DNA from: an uncultured Sneathiella sp.
Lineage (GTDB): Bacteria; Pseudomonadota; Alphaproteobacteria; Sneathiellales; Sneathiellaceae
Reading direction: 5' to 3'
NCBI RefSeq assembly: GCF_963973085.1
Contig: NZ_CAXAXA010000005.1
Coordinates: 224 to 64,223 of the forward strand
Length of the DNA stretch: 64,000 bases
Both the position numbers and the translations under genes were made by a program. The notes under the pieces are model-generated. The model worked only from the letters and a program-made list of their open reading frames with translations. It was not told the DNA's origin and did not search any database. This document shows, piece by piece, positions 19,046-30,061 of the stretch; the stretch's first letter is position 1, and every line of letters begins with the position of its first letter.

Positions 19046-20452
19046 CTAGTCCGAGACTCTTTTCCGTTCGCCATTGCTAACACCAAGTGTTTTCAGCTTG
19101 CGATGCAGAGCTGACCTCTCCATACCAACAAATGACGCGGTACGCGAAATATTTCCGCCAAAGCGATTGATTTGGGCTTCAAGATACTCTTTCTCAAACC
19201 GTTCCCGCGCTTCACGCAAAGGCAACGCCATTATTTCCGTGTTCTCATTCTGTCCCGTCATGATAGAATGAGCCGAACCTGCATCCGCCGGCACCATATT
19301 GGCCGTGATCGGCGCGGTCTTGTCATCCGTTGCCAGTATCATGATCTGCTCGATAACATTTTTCAGCTGGCGGACATTGCCCGGCCAGGACGAGGCCTGC
19401 AAGGTGGCAATCGCATCCTCACCGACTTTGCGTAGCGGCAGGCCGGAGCTTTTTGAAAATCTCTCGACAAAATAACGGGCGAGCGGCCCGATATCCTCCG
19501 GTCGTTCTTTCAGGGATGGCACAAAAATCGGGACCACACCGAGTCGATGATAGAGATCCTCCCGCAGGCGGCCACTGGTCATTTCCTCTTTCAGGTCACG
19601 GCTTGAAGAGGAAATAATCCGTGCGTCCACTTTGATCTTTTCGGTTCCGCCGACCCGCTGAAAGGACTGATCGACCAGCACCCTGAGAATCTTGCCTTGT
19701 GTCTCCATCGGCATATCGGCAATTTCATCAAGGAAAAGCGTGCCGCCATGGGCCTGCTCCAACAGGCCGCGCCGACCACCTTTGACGGAATTCATCCGCC
19801 CTTCCTCTACACCGAACAGCTGTATTTCAAGCCGTTCCGGCGCCAGTGTCGCTGCATTCAATACGACGAACGGACCCGAGCTTCTGTTGGAACGACTATG
19901 AATCAGGCGGGCAACGACTTCCTTGCCGGCACCCGACGGCCCCGTAATGAGGACGCGGCTGTTGGTCGGGGCGACTTTTTCGATCGTTTGCTGGAGCTGG
20001 ATCATGACATGGGACCTACAGATCAGCTCATTTGTTAGCTCGCTTCCCCGGGTTTTAAGCTCCGCGACTTCCCGGCGCAGCCGAATTGCTTCCAGCACCC
20101 TGTCGACAAGCTGGATGAGCCGCTCCGCCTTGAATGGTTTCTCGATAAAGTCATAGGCTCCCAGCTTAATAGCCTGTACAGCCGTCTCGATATTGCCATG
20201 ACCTGAAATCATCAGGATCGGCAGGTCAGGCTGATCTTTCTTTACGGCCTGCAGTATTTCAATCCCGTCCAGTTTGCTACCTCGCAGCCAAATATCAAGA
20301 ATCATCAGGCTTGGCCGCCGATGCGCGATTTCAGCAAGACACTGATCGCTGTTCGCGGCCATACGTGTCTCATATCCTTCGTCTTCAAGAATCCCCGCCA
20401 CAAGTTCCCGAATATCGGCTTCGTCATCTACAATAAGAATGTCAGCAGACAT
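19046..20452 (-). CDS. ntrX: Response regulator NtrX (REC, AAA+, HTH)
   Basis: REC domain ILIVDDEADIRE. Walker [18 protein letters not shown] is present, but no GAFTGA loop, as is typical of NtrX. Follows ntrY. Confidence 0.88.
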   Translation of the reverse strand: MSADILIVDDEADIRELVAGILEDEGYETRMAANSDQCLAEIAHRRPSLMILDIWLRGSKLDGIEILQAVKKDQPDLPILMISGHGNIETAVQAIKLGAYDFIEKPFKAERLIQLVDRVLEAIRLRREVAELKTRGSELTNELICRSHVMIQLQQTIEKVAPTNSRVLITGPSGAGKEVVARLIHSRSNRSSGPFVVLNAATLAPERLEIQLFGVEEGRMNSVKGGRRGLLEQAHGGTLFLDEIADMPMETQGKILRVLVDQSFQRVGGTEKIKVDARIISSSSRDLKEEMTSGRLREDLYHRLGVVPIFVPSLKERPEDIGPLARYFVERFSKSSGLPLRKVGEDAIATLQASSWPGNVRQLKNVIEQIMILATDDKTAPITANMVPADAGSAHSIMTGQNENTEIMALPLREARERFEKEYLEAQINRFGGNISRTASFVGMERSALHRKLKTLGVSNGERKRVSD

Positions 20453-20454
20453 TT

Positions 20455-22668
20455 TTAGTCATTCCCCGTTTTCAAACTCGGTTCACTCATTGGAAAAGCA
20501 ATCCTGACCTTTGCTCCGATTCCAGTTTGCGTATCCATCATGGCGAGACTGCCACCATGTTCCTCCATAATCTTGTTGACGATCGCAAGTCCCAGACCCG
20601 TTCCCTTCTCGCGATGGGTAACATAAGGCTCGGTCAATCGGCTACGGTTTTCCTTGGGAAGGCCGCGGCCATTGTCCGTAATCTCGACAATGATCTCGTC
20701 ATTTGTCGTCTCGATATTGACCTCGATACGTCCCTTTGGCAGTTTTTCACCATCGCCTTCCCGCCCGTCTATGGCATCGGCGCTGTTCTGCAGTAGATTG
20801 GTGAGAACACGGTTGACCTGCGACGCATCACAGGCGCAGGTCAACGCTGTCGCCGGGGCTTTGAACTCATACTCGATTTCAGGATGGGCTATCTTCTGCA
20901 GAAACACCGCTTGCCCGACAAGTTCGTTAATATCTTCAGGCTTGAATTCCGGTGTCGGCATCCGGGCGAAAGACGAGAATTCGTCGACCATCTGGCCGAT
21001 GTCCCCGACCTGTCGGATGATTGTGTCTGTACATTGATTAAAGACATCAACATCCTCCAGAATTTGCCGCCCGTATTTTCTCTTTATCCGTTCTGCCGAG
21101 AGCTGGATCGGCGTAAGCGGATTTTTGATTTCATGAGCGATACGCCGGGCAATATCCCCCCAGGCGGCCATGCGCTGCGCCGAGACGAGATCGGTAATAT
21201 CATCAAGGGTCACGACAAAGCCCTGGATACTGCCGCTGGAGATTTCCGCGGAGGCGCGCACCAGAAGATGGCGATGCCCGTCTCCGGCTTGAAGCTGTAT
21301 CTGCCGCTCCACCACGCGATACGGCTTCTCCCGTATTTCGTCGAGCAGTGCCGCCATTTGCGGCTGTATCTCGGAAAAATATGACCCGATCAATTCAGAA
21401 CTGGAGAGCCCGAGAAGTTCCGTTGCCTTGCGGTTCGGCAGGTTGATCACCCCATTTTTATCCAGCCCGATAACACCAGAGGAGACACCAGACAGCACAG
21501 CCTCGGTAAAACGCCGCCGTTCATCCAATTTTTCGTTGGTCATTTCCAACTCATAACGCTGGGTACCGAGTTGATCGGTCATTCGGTTGAAGGCGCGGCT
21601 CAGGGTGGCCATTTCATCATAGGCACGGCTTTCATCGACCTTTGCTGTCAAATCGCCGGACCGGACCCGTTCCGCCGCCTTCACAAGGCTCTCGATCGGA
21701 CCGACGATACGGGAGGCGATCACCAGCCCAAACCAGACGGCCGCCAGAACAACCATCAGGGCGATGATAAAGAAGATAACGGCGAACTGGATCTGGATGC
21801 CAAATCCTTCCTCTTTCAGTTCTTCATACTCTGCGGCGGCAATGCGGGTTCGCTCCATATGCGCAAGCACTCTCGGTTCAACAAACCGCCCGACATACAG
21901 AAATCCGTCCAACATCCGATCCAGCCGGATCAGGGCGCGCACCTGATCATCTCCTTCTTCCGTGCTGATAACTACATCGCGCTCCCGCGCCTCTGCAAAC
22001 AAGGCCGGGCTGATCTTGTCAAACTCGAGGGCGAAGCTGAGATCAGACTGGGCAATAACATTCTGCGCCCCGTCGATAACCACGGCCTCGCTCAGATTGC
22101 GGGCAATGACCTGATCGCTGAGATAGGAGCCGAACAAGCCCTGGTTCTCAAGAACCCGTGTCGGCGCACTATTGATCTGCGCCGCCATTTCCAACACGTC
22201 GGAACGGATATTCTGGATATGCTCCTTGATATAGGCATCGGCGACAGCGATCGATTCTGACACAGCCATATTCACCGGATCGGAAAAATGCCGCTGGAAG
22301 TAAATATTGAAGAAAAGTGCCGAAAATAGCGCCACCATAAGGGCCGGTGCGACGGCAATCAGGGAAAACAGTCGCAGGATACGGCGATGCATCATGCTGC
22401 CTGCCCCGCCGACCTGTCCCTTGCGCCATGTCCTGATCAACCGATGCGTGATGATTACTGCCAGAATGACGACAATGACAATATCAACAATAAGCAAAAC
22501 ACGCGTGTAAGCCGGATTATCGATGGTCAGGGATTCATATGTTGCGATGCCGCTCGCGATGGCCAGCATCGCGACGAAAAAAGACGTCTTCGGCCCCAAC
22601 CCGATCTTCCGTGTCCAGCGGATGAATGAGAAGGACGGCTTTCCCTTAGTTTGCTGTGACTCGACCAC
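20455..22668 (-). CDS. ntrY: Sensor histidine kinase NtrY (TM, HAMP, PAS, HisKA, HATPase)
   Basis: H-box AHEIKNPLTPI and G-box GTGLGLAIV, with N-terminal TM segments. GTG start. Confidence 0.9.
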   Translation of the reverse strand: MVESQQTKGKPSFSFIRWTRKIGLGPKTSFFVAMLAIASGIATYESLTIDNPAYTRVLLIVDIVIVVILAVIITHRLIRTWRKGQVGGAGSMMHRRILRLFSLIAVAPALMVALFSALFFNIYFQRHFSDPVNMAVSESIAVADAYIKEHIQNIRSDVLEMAAQINSAPTRVLENQGLFGSYLSDQVIARNLSEAVVIDGAQNVIAQSDLSFALEFDKISPALFAEARERDVVISTEEGDDQVRALIRLDRMLDGFLYVGRFVEPRVLAHMERTRIAAAEYEELKEEGFGIQIQFAVIFFIIALMVVLAAVWFGLVIASRIVGPIESLVKAAERVRSGDLTAKVDESRAYDEMATLSRAFNRMTDQLGTQRYELEMTNEKLDERRRFTEAVLSGVSSGVIGLDKNGVINLPNRKATELLGLSSSELIGSYFSEIQPQMAALLDEIREKPYRVVERQIQLQAGDGHRHLLVRASAEISSGSIQGFVVTLDDITDLVSAQRMAAWGDIARRIAHEIKNPLTPIQLSAERIKRKYGRQILEDVDVFNQCTDTIIRQVGDIGQMVDEFSSFARMPTPEFKPEDINELVGQAVFLQKIAHPEIEYEFKAPATALTCACDASQVNRVLTNLLQNSADAIDGREGDGEKLPKGRIEVNIETTNDEIIVEITDNGRGLPKENRSRLTEPYVTHREKGTGLGLAIVNKIMEEHGGSLAMMDTQTGIGAKVRIAFPMSEPSLKTGND

Positions 22669-22768
22669 AACCCCCTCCGACCGGCTTGTTCATGACGCGA
22701 TCACGGTCCAAGGATTTCGCATCACTTTCAACTTTACGGTCAAAATACCACATTGTGGCATTTAAGCA

Positions 22769-24211
22769 TCACTTGAGCCCGCGCACAACCTGAATATCCA
22801 GCTCCCGGATTTTTTTACGCAAGGTATTCCGGTTAACCCCCAGCAAGTCAGCCGCTTTGATCTGGTTTCCGTTGGTTGCCTCCAGCGACAGCGACAACAG
22901 CGGCCTTTCGACCTCGCGGATCACCCGCTCATACAGCCCGGATGGTGGCAGACTGCCCGAATGCGCCGCAAAGTATTTTGCGACATGCCGCTCCACCGCC
23001 ATACCGAGACTTTCATCCGATCCGGTAATTTCCTCTGTATCGCCAATCTCCTGGGGCTGCAGTTCCTGCTGGATGACCGAAAGGTTGATAACGTCGTCTG
23101 AATAAAGGGCGGCAAGGCGGCGCACAAGATTTTCAAGCTCCCGCACATTGCCCGGCCATTTATGCTTTTTAAGCGCCTCTAATGATTCTTTATCAATACT
23201 CTTGACCGGCAGCCCCTCCTCCATCGCCTGGGCGAGAAAATGCCGGACAAGGTCGGGAATATCTTCCGCCCGCTCCCGCAGCGGCGGCAGGCGCAACGGT
23301 ACCACGTTCAATCGGTAATACAGATCCTCGCGGAACAACCCCTGCCGCACGAACTGCCGCAAGTCCCGGTTGGTCGCGGCAACAATCCGCACATCTGTCC
23401 GGATCGCCGTCCGTCCGCCGACGGTCGTATATTCCCCTTGTTGCAATACACGCAGAAGCCGGGTCTGGGCCTCGATCGGCATATCCCCGATTTCATCGAG
23501 GAACAATGTCCCGCCCTGGGCCTGCTCAAACCGGCCAATGGCACGGGAATCCGCGCCGGTAAAAGCGCCTTTCTCATGACCGAACAGCTCCGATTCAATA
23601 AGCTCCTTTGGAATGGCCGCCATGTTGATCGGCACAAACGGTCCCGCTTTACGCTTGCCGTACTCGTGAAGGGCGCGTGCTACAAGCTCCTTGCCGGTGC
23701 CGCTTTCTCCCGATACCAACACCGTAAGATCTGTTCCCATGAGGCGCGCCAGCACCCGGTATATCTCCTGCATTGCCGGAGATCGGCCGATCAGAGGCGT
23801 TTTGGTCTCATCCTCCTCTTCTGCGCCCGAACGTTTTGCGGCTTTCTTCGGCTTGGAAAGTGCCCTTTCCACCACTTGAAGCAATACCTTCAGATCAAAC
23901 GGCTTTGGCAGATAATCATAGGCCCCCCGCTCCGTCGCCTTGATTGCCGTCAGCAAGGTGTTCTGTGCGCTCATCACGACAACCGGCAGTTCGGGTCGGA
24001 TTTTCTTGATACGCGGCAGCAGATCGAGGCCGTTTTCATCCGGCATAACCACATCGGTCAAGATGATATCGCCCAATCCTTCCAGCACCCAGTTGTAGAG
24101 CGTAGCCGCGTTGCCAGTAGAGCGCACAACGTAGTTAGCCCGTGCAAGTGCCTGCTCTAGGACAGTGCGAATACTCTGATCATCATCTGCGACTAAAATT
24201 GTGCCGGGCAT
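22769..24211 (-). CDS. ntrC: Nitrogen regulation response regulator NtrC (sigma-54 activator)
   Basis: REC domain. Walker [15 protein letters not shown] loop (HEKGAFTGA) and C-terminal Fis-type HTH. Confidence 0.92.
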   Translation of the reverse strand: MPGTILVADDDQSIRTVLEQALARANYVVRSTGNAATLYNWVLEGLGDIILTDVVMPDENGLDLLPRIKKIRPELPVVVMSAQNTLLTAIKATERGAYDYLPKPFDLKVLLQVVERALSKPKKAAKRSGAEEEDETKTPLIGRSPAMQEIYRVLARLMGTDLTVLVSGESGTGKELVARALHEYGKRKAGPFVPINMAAIPKELIESELFGHEKGAFTGADSRAIGRFEQAQGGTLFLDEIGDMPIEAQTRLLRVLQQGEYTTVGGRTAIRTDVRIVAATNRDLRQFVRQGLFREDLYYRLNVVPLRLPPLRERAEDIPDLVRHFLAQAMEEGLPVKSIDKESLEALKKHKWPGNVRELENLVRRLAALYSDDVINLSVIQQELQPQEIGDTEEITGSDESLGMAVERHVAKYFAAHSGSLPPSGLYERVIREVERPLLSLSLEATNGNQIKAADLLGVNRNTLRKKIRELDIQVVRGLK

Positions 24212-24212
24212 A

Positions 24213-25334
24213 TTATTCCGTATCCGTTTTATTAATGTAGTAAACCGGCAGACGGATCAGCGCCTTGCCACCCTCTCCCGATGTGTCAAACTCGACGATA
24301 CCCCCATGATCCCCGACAATCTTGGCCACCAGAGCCAGGCCAAGTCCGCTGCCGCCAGCCTTCGTGGTGACAAAAGGATCGAAGATATGCGGCATGATTT
24401 CCTCCGGAATACCGGGCCCGTTGTCGTGTATCCCGACTTCCAGCGGCAGTTGCACCTTCTCCTGCGCGCCGGGAACGGCAAGGCGGATACCGTGACGATA
24501 GGCCGTGCTCAAGGTGATCTCCCCGCTAGCTTCCGGGGTTGCCTCCGCCGCGTTCTTCACCAAGTTTAAAAGCACCTGAACGAGTTGGTCGCGATTGCCA
24601 TACACAAAGGGAAGCGACGGGTCGTAATTTTCGCGAAAGGTGATGTTGCGACCAAAGCCTGCCTCGGCCACCCGCCGGACATGTTCCAGAACCTCATGGA
24701 TATTAACGGCATCACGGTCGATCGGCCGGTCATCCGAAAACGCCTCCATGCGGTCGACAAGCGCGCAAATCCGGTCCGTCTCGTCGCAAATCAGCCGGGT
24801 CAGTGCTCGGTCGGCATCAGACGCGTTCATTTCCAACAGCTGCGCCGATCCGCGAATGCCGGAGAGCGGGTTTTTCACCTCATGAGCCAGCATGATCGCC
24901 ATCGCCGTAACAGACCGCGCCGCGCCGCGATGGGTAAGCTGCCGGTCCATCTTGGCTGCAATGGTCCGCTCCTCGATCTGGACCACCACATTCGGTGTTC
25001 CGTACATCAGCGAGACCTGCAAATTGACATTCTTCACGCCGGTTTTGGGAGTTCCAAGATCAACGCTATATTCGGAAACACAATCCCCAAGGGTCCGGAC
25101 CTGCTCCACCAAGCCCAGTAGCGGGCTGTCGAACGGAACAATCTCCTCCACCGTCATCCGGGTCAGCATTTTCGCCGACAGGGCGAAAAACTCCTCCCCC
25201 GCCGGGTTGGTCATGCAGATATACCCGTCGTCATCAATCACGATCAGCGGATCGGGTAAAGCGTTCAGCACAGACAGCGCATCCACATCCGTTTTCTTGC
25301 GTTTTGCGCCGCTAAAGGGATTTGGCAGGGCCAT
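24213..25334 (-). CDS. ntrB: Nitrogen regulation sensor kinase NtrB
   Basis: PAS domain plus H-box [12 protein letters not shown] and G-box GSGLGLALV. Lies directly upstream of ntrC. Confidence 0.9.
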   Translation of the reverse strand: MALPNPFSGAKRKKTDVDALSVLNALPDPLIVIDDDGYICMTNPAGEEFFALSAKMLTRMTVEEIVPFDSPLLGLVEQVRTLGDCVSEYSVDLGTPKTGVKNVNLQVSLMYGTPNVVVQIEERTIAAKMDRQLTHRGAARSVTAMAIMLAHEVKNPLSGIRGSAQLLEMNASDADRALTRLICDETDRICALVDRMEAFSDDRPIDRDAVNIHEVLEHVRRVAEAGFGRNITFRENYDPSLPFVYGNRDQLVQVLLNLVKNAAEATPEASGEITLSTAYRHGIRLAVPGAQEKVQLPLEVGIHDNGPGIPEEIMPHIFDPFVTTKAGGSGLGLALVAKIVGDHGGIVEFDTSGEGGKALIRLPVYYINKTDTE

Positions 25335-25335
25335 G

Positions 25336-26322
25336 TTATGCGCTTTCCTTCAATTGCAGGTCATTGTAAAACACGTTTATCTCATCGCGCACTTGATGCC
25401 GGTCCGTCAGGCGGACGACCTTCTGCCGAAAAGTTTCGCCGCCCGGCAATCGCGCGGAATACCAGCCCAGATGCTTCCTGGCGACCCGGACGCCAACCTC
25501 TTCCCCGTAAAGGGAGATCAGGGCGTCATAATGCTCCAGAAGGACGGAGCGTTGCTCATCGAAATCCGGGTCCGGCAGCGTCTGCCCGGATTTGAAATGC
25601 TCCGCCACCTGCGACACGAACCAGGGCCGGCCATAGCTGCCCCGTCCGATCATCACACCATCGGCACCAGACTGGGCCCGAGCCTCGACCGCATCCTCAA
25701 CTGTCTGGATATCCCCATTGACGATAACGGGCAGCGACACCGCCTCCTTGACCTCGCCGACATATCGCCAGTCCGCCGCGCCTTTGAAGAACTGGCATCG
25801 CGTACGGCCATGCACCGTCAGCATCCGGATGCCCGCATCCTCGGCGATTTTTGCAAGCTCCGGCGCATTGCGGCTCTCCTCGTCCCAGCCCGTCCGCATT
25901 TTAAGGGTTACCGGTATGCTGACGGCATTAACCGTCGCCTTGAGTATCTTTCCGGCATGATCGAGATCGCGCATCAGTGAGGAGCCCGCCATACCGGCCG
26001 TTACCTTTTTTACCGGGCAGCCCATATTGATATCGATGATCTTCGCGCCCATTTCCTCATTCAGCCTTGCCGCTTCGGCCATAATCTCCGGATCGCAGCC
26101 TGCAAGCTGGACCGCCATTGGCTGGTCATCATTCGCGGAGCGGACGATACGAAGAGACCGCCGCGTTTCCGCGACCATGGCCTTGCTTGCCACCATTTCC
26201 GAGAACACCATCCCGGCCCCGTACCGCGTCACCAGACGACGAAAAGGCAGGTCTGTGATACCGGCCATAGGTGCCAGAAAAACCGGAGGGTCGATCGTAA
26301 TTGAATCGATAGTAATGACCAT
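25336..26322 (-). CDS. dusB: tRNA dihydrouridine synthase DusB
   Basis: Motifs [13 protein letters not shown] and [10 protein letters not shown]. Confidence 0.92.
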   Translation of the reverse strand: MVITIDSITIDPPVFLAPMAGITDLPFRRLVTRYGAGMVFSEMVASKAMVAETRRSLRIVRSANDDQPMAVQLAGCDPEIMAEAARLNEEMGAKIIDINMGCPVKKVTAGMAGSSLMRDLDHAGKILKATVNAVSIPVTLKMRTGWDEESRNAPELAKIAEDAGIRMLTVHGRTRCQFFKGAADWRYVGEVKEAVSLPVIVNGDIQTVEDAVEARAQSGADGVMIGRGSYGRPWFVSQVAEHFKSGQTLPDPDFDEQRSVLLEHYDALISLYGEEVGVRVARKHLGWYSARLPGGETFRQKVVRLTDRHQVRDEINVFYNDLQLKESA

Positions 26323-26450
26323 TTATTATGCAATTAAAAATATGACTAATATTTAGGCACTATAGTGCGGTCTCTGCCGCACTGCAACAGAATCATTCGT
26401 AAGCTGTCAATTTTATTGAACCTTCCGGTTTCGCGACCTATTGTCGGGCC

Positions 26451-27602
26451 ATGACAACCATCGCCCTCATCGTCGCCGCCGGCAAAGGCCTCCGAACCGG
26501 AATGAGCTTTCCCAAGCAATATATTGAGATTGCAGGAAAAACCATACTCAGGAGAAGCATCGATGCGTTCCTTGAGCATCCAGCCATCGACAATATTTGC
26601 GTGGTTATCAGCGATGCGGACTTAGCGCTCTATGACGAGGCAACAAAAGACCTCAACGTGCTGCCGGCGGTAATGGGCGGTGCGACGCGTCAAGAATCGG
26701 TCCGCAACGGGTTGGAGAGCCTGACTGATTTGTCACCAGATTTTGTGCTAATTCATGATGCCGCGCGGCCCTTCGTAAGCACCGCATTGATCAGCCGGTG
26801 CCTAGAGATGCTGGAAACCGGGCAGGCTGTGTTGCCGACGCTCCCCCTTACGGACAGTCTGAAGACATTTTCCGATGGACAGATTACCGGCTCCGTCAAT
26901 CGCGATGAAATTGTCGCTGCGCAGACACCGCAGGGCTTTGCTTTTGCGGCTATTCTGGCAGCGCACCGGGCCTTTGACGGCGAGAATTTGACAGATGATA
27001 CAGCCCTTGCCGCTCGCGCGGGTCTAGGTGTGTCAATAGTTGAGGGGGAAGCCCTCAATTTCAAGATCACCACTGCGGCGGATATGGCGGCGGCGGAGCG
27101 GCATATCCTCAAATCTCTCGGGGATATCCGCACTGGCTATGGTTTTGATGTTCACGCCTTCGAGGCCGGCGAAAGTGTCTGGCTTGGCGGCGTTGAAATC
27201 CCCTATAGGAAAAAACTGAAAGGCCATTCCGATGCGGATGTGGCGCTGCATGCCCTGACGGACGCCTTGCTGGGCGCTGTTGCCGCCGGAGATATCGGCG
27301 TTCATTTCCCGCCCTCGGATCCTGTATGGAAAGGCGCGGCGTCCGAGAGATTTATCTCCCATGCCGCCCGCCTCGTCGCGGAGAAAGGCGGCGTGATCAG
27401 CCATGTCGATCTGACCATCATCTGCGAAGAGCCGAAAATCGGTCCGCACCGCGCGGCCATGACAGAGAAAATTGCCGATATCCTGAAAATTCAAAGCGAC
27501 CGGGTCAGCGTCAAAGGGACAACGACGGAAAAGCTCGGCTTCACCGGCCGCGGAGAAGGCATCGCCGCGCAGGCGGTCGCAACGGTGAGGCTGCCTGAAT
27601 GA
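26451..27602 (+). CDS. ispDF: Bifunctional IspD/IspF (MEP cytidylyltransferase fused to MEcPP synthase)
   Basis: N-terminal VAAGKGLR. C-terminal GYGFDVHAF and GHSDADVALHAL. Confidence 0.93.
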   Translation: MTTIALIVAAGKGLRTGMSFPKQYIEIAGKTILRRSIDAFLEHPAIDNICVVISDADLALYDEATKDLNVLPAVMGGATRQESVRNGLESLTDLSPDFVLIHDAARPFVSTALISRCLEMLETGQAVLPTLPLTDSLKTFSDGQITGSVNRDEIVAAQTPQGFAFAAILAAHRAFDGENLTDDTALAARAGLGVSIVEGEALNFKITTAADMAAAERHILKSLGDIRTGYGFDVHAFEAGESVWLGGVEIPYRKKLKGHSDADVALHALTDALLGAVAAGDIGVHFPPSDPVWKGAASERFISHAARLVAEKGGVISHVDLTIICEEPKIGPHRAAMTEKIADILKIQSDRVSVKGTTTEKLGFTGRGEGIAAQAVATVRLPE

Positions 27603-28090
27603 GCCAAAAAATCGCCCCCCTCTCCCTCTGGCATCCGGCGGTTATTCTTTCCACCTGGTTCTGGAGCGGCCTGTCTCCCAAGGCACCGGGAACGGTCGGT
27701 TCCCTCGCGGCACTGCCGTTTGGTATTTTGATCTTTCATTATCTCGGTGCACCGGCGCTTGGCGTGGCCTCGCTGATTGCCTTCGGTGTCGGCTGGTGGA
27801 GCACGAAAATCTATCTGGAGCGCACCGGGAAAACCGATCCGGGCGAAGTGGTCATTGACGAAGTCGCGGGAATCTGGCTCGCGCTTCATGCGGCGGCGCT
27901 TACCCCCGTGATGATATTGGTGACCTTCCTTCTCTTCAGGCTCCTTGACATCTGGAAGCCCTGGCCCATTGGCTGGCTGGACCTAAAAGTGAAAGGCGCT
28001 TTCGGCGTCATGATCGATGACTATGTGGCGGGGCTGATTGCCGCCGTCCTGATCGTTATAATAAAAAGGGTATATGATGGGAATTTTTAG
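27599..28090 (+). CDS. pgpA: Phosphatidylglycerophosphatase A
   Basis: Motifs GTVGSLAALP, DPGEVVIDEVAG and FRLLDIWKPWP. Confidence 0.88.
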   Translation: MSQKIAPLSLWHPAVILSTWFWSGLSPKAPGTVGSLAALPFGILIFHYLGAPALGVASLIAFGVGWWSTKIYLERTGKTDPGEVVIDEVAGIWLALHAAALTPVMILVTFLLFRLLDIWKPWPIGWLDLKVKGAFGVMIDDYVAGLIAAVLIVIIKRVYDGNF

Positions 28091-28577
28091 CGGAGACATC
28101 GAAAAGCTGGCAACCGAGGTGCTGGAAAAATGCCGCGCAAAAAAATGGCAGCTGGCGACGGCGGAATCCTGCACCGGCGGACTGATTGGCGGGGCGCTCA
28201 CGGATATCGCCGGTTCCTCCGACGTGTTCGATCGCGGCTTTATCACCTACAGCAACAAGGCAAAGGCGCGTGTTATCGGTGTCAGCACGGAGACATTGCG
28301 AAGCTTCGGTGCGGTATCGGAGGAAACGGCGCGGGAAATGGCGTTAGGGGCCCTAAAAACCGCAGGCGCGAATATTACTGTCGCCGTAACCGGTATTGCC
28401 GGCCCCGGTGGTGGCGGTCCCGGAAAGCCGGTCGGCTTGGTTCATTTTGCCGTTGCCACGGAAGAGGGCGTCGCGGAGCACCGAAAGATGGAATATGGGG
28501 ATATAGGCCGGTCTGAAGTTCGCATCGCCACGGTAAAGACGGCACTTGAAATGCTCTTCGCGGCGGCTAGCCGCTGA
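28074..28577 (+). CDS. CinA-family (PncC-like) nicotinamide-nucleotide amidohydrolase domain protein
   Basis: Motifs ATAESCTGGL and TGIAGPGGG. Confidence 0.88.
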   Translation: MMGIFSGDIEKLATEVLEKCRAKKWQLATAESCTGGLIGGALTDIAGSSDVFDRGFITYSNKAKARVIGVSTETLRSFGAVSEETAREMALGALKTAGANITVAVTGIAGPGGGGPGKPVGLVHFAVATEEGVAEHRKMEYGDIGRSEVRIATVKTALEMLFAAASR

Positions 28578-29031
28578 CGGATTGATCCTCAACAGACTTG
28601 ATCCCGTATAGTTCTTTCGCGCGGGTTTCAAAGGCCGAGATCATGCGGGTCACCGCTTCGTTAAAGAGCATCCCGATCGTCTTTTGCAGGATCATTGAGC
28701 GGAACTCGAAATCGACAAAAAAATCGATTTCACACCCTTTCGGGTGTTCGTTGAATTGCCAGTGATTGTTGAGATAGCGGAAGGGTCCGTCCATATACTC
28801 AACATCAATCCGCATATGTTCTTCATCCAGCGTCACTTTAGACGTGAATTTCTCCCGGAACAGCTTGAAGCCGATCACGAGATCGGCCAGCACAATATTC
28901 TCTTTTCGCTCCTTAATGCGCGCGCCGACGCACCAGGGGAGGAATTCGTCATACCTGTCGATTTCCGCCACCAGATCAAACATCTGCTTTGGACTATAAG
29001 GGAGAACCCGCTGTTCCGCGTGTGTTGGCAT
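28567..29031 (-). CDS. SRPBCC-fold RatA/COQ10-like protein
   Basis: Length and motifs (FDLVAEIDRYDEFLPWC) match the polyketide-cyclase/RatA family that commonly sits next to lipA. Confidence 0.75.
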   Translation of the reverse strand: MPTHAEQRVLPYSPKQMFDLVAEIDRYDEFLPWCVGARIKERKENIVLADLVIGFKLFREKFTSKVTLDEEHMRIDVEYMDGPFRYLNNHWQFNEHPKGCEIDFFVDFEFRSMILQKTIGMLFNEAVTRMISAFETRAKELYGIKSVEDQSVSG

Positions 29032-29062
29032 ACTCTACTTTATTCCGTACTCGCTTGACTGG

Positions 29063-30013
29063 TCAGTTCTTGCCATTGGTCCGCTCGCGCGCTGCCTTCA
29101 GCTTGGCGAAATCCTCACCCGCATGATGACTTGAGCGGGTCAGCGGCGAGGCGGAAACCATCAGGAAGCCTTTAGCATAGGCCTGCTTTTCGAGAACTGC
29201 AAATTCATCCGGCGTCACAAAGCGATGAAGGGCATGATGCTTGACCGTTGGTTGGAGATACTGGCCAATCGTAATGAAATCGATATTCGCAACGCGCATG
29301 TCATCCATGACCTGGGAGACTTCCTCCCTCTCCTCGCCAAGTCCGACCATCAGGCCCGATTTGGTGAACATGGTCGGATCAAGCTCCTTCACCCGTTCCA
29401 GCAGACGGAGGGAATGATAATAGCGGGCGCCAGGACGGACGGAGGGATAAAGCTTCGGTACCGTCTCAAGGTTATGGTTGAAGACATCAGGCTTTGCCGC
29501 AACAACGACTTCTAACGCACCGGGTTTCTTGAGAAAATCCGGCGTTAGAATTTCGATCGTCGTTTCCGGCGTTGCTTCGCGAATGGCCGTGATAACCTCG
29601 GCGAAATGCTGTGCGCCACCGTCTTTCAGGTCATCGCGGTCAACGGAGGTGATCACGACATGATTGAGGCCGAGCGTCTTGACAGCCGTTGCCACGTTGA
29701 CCGGCTCGAAAGGATCTAGGGCATTGGGCTTACCGGTCGACACATTGCAGAAGGCGCAGGCGCGGGTGCAAATTTCACCCATGATCATCATCGTCGCATG
29801 TTTTTTTGCCCAGCATTCACCGATATTGGGACAGGCCGCCTCCTCGCAGACCGTAGTGAGGTTAAGGCCGCGCATCAACTCGCGCGTCTCGTTGTAGGTT
29901 TTCGAGACAGGCGCCTTCACCCGGATCCAGGCGGGCTTGCGCTGTATCGGGTTGTCCGGCCGGTTCACCTTTTCCGGATGACGAACACGCTTTATCGATG
30001 CTGTCTCATTCAT
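29063..30013 (-). CDS. lipA: Lipoyl synthase
   Basis: Cys clusters [12 protein letters not shown] and [10 protein letters not shown]. Confidence 0.95.
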   Translation of the reverse strand: MNETASIKRVRHPEKVNRPDNPIQRKPAWIRVKAPVSKTYNETRELMRGLNLTTVCEEAACPNIGECWAKKHATMMIMGEICTRACAFCNVSTGKPNALDPFEPVNVATAVKTLGLNHVVITSVDRDDLKDGGAQHFAEVITAIREATPETTIEILTPDFLKKPGALEVVVAAKPDVFNHNLETVPKLYPSVRPGARYYHSLRLLERVKELDPTMFTKSGLMVGLGEEREEVSQVMDDMRVANIDFITIGQYLQPTVKHHALHRFVTPDEFAVLEKQAYAKGFLMVSASPLTRSSHHAGEDFAKLKAARERTNGKN

Positions 30014-30061
30014 AACTCAACCTTACCATCGTTTCTCCCTGTAGACTGGCAGAGAATTAAA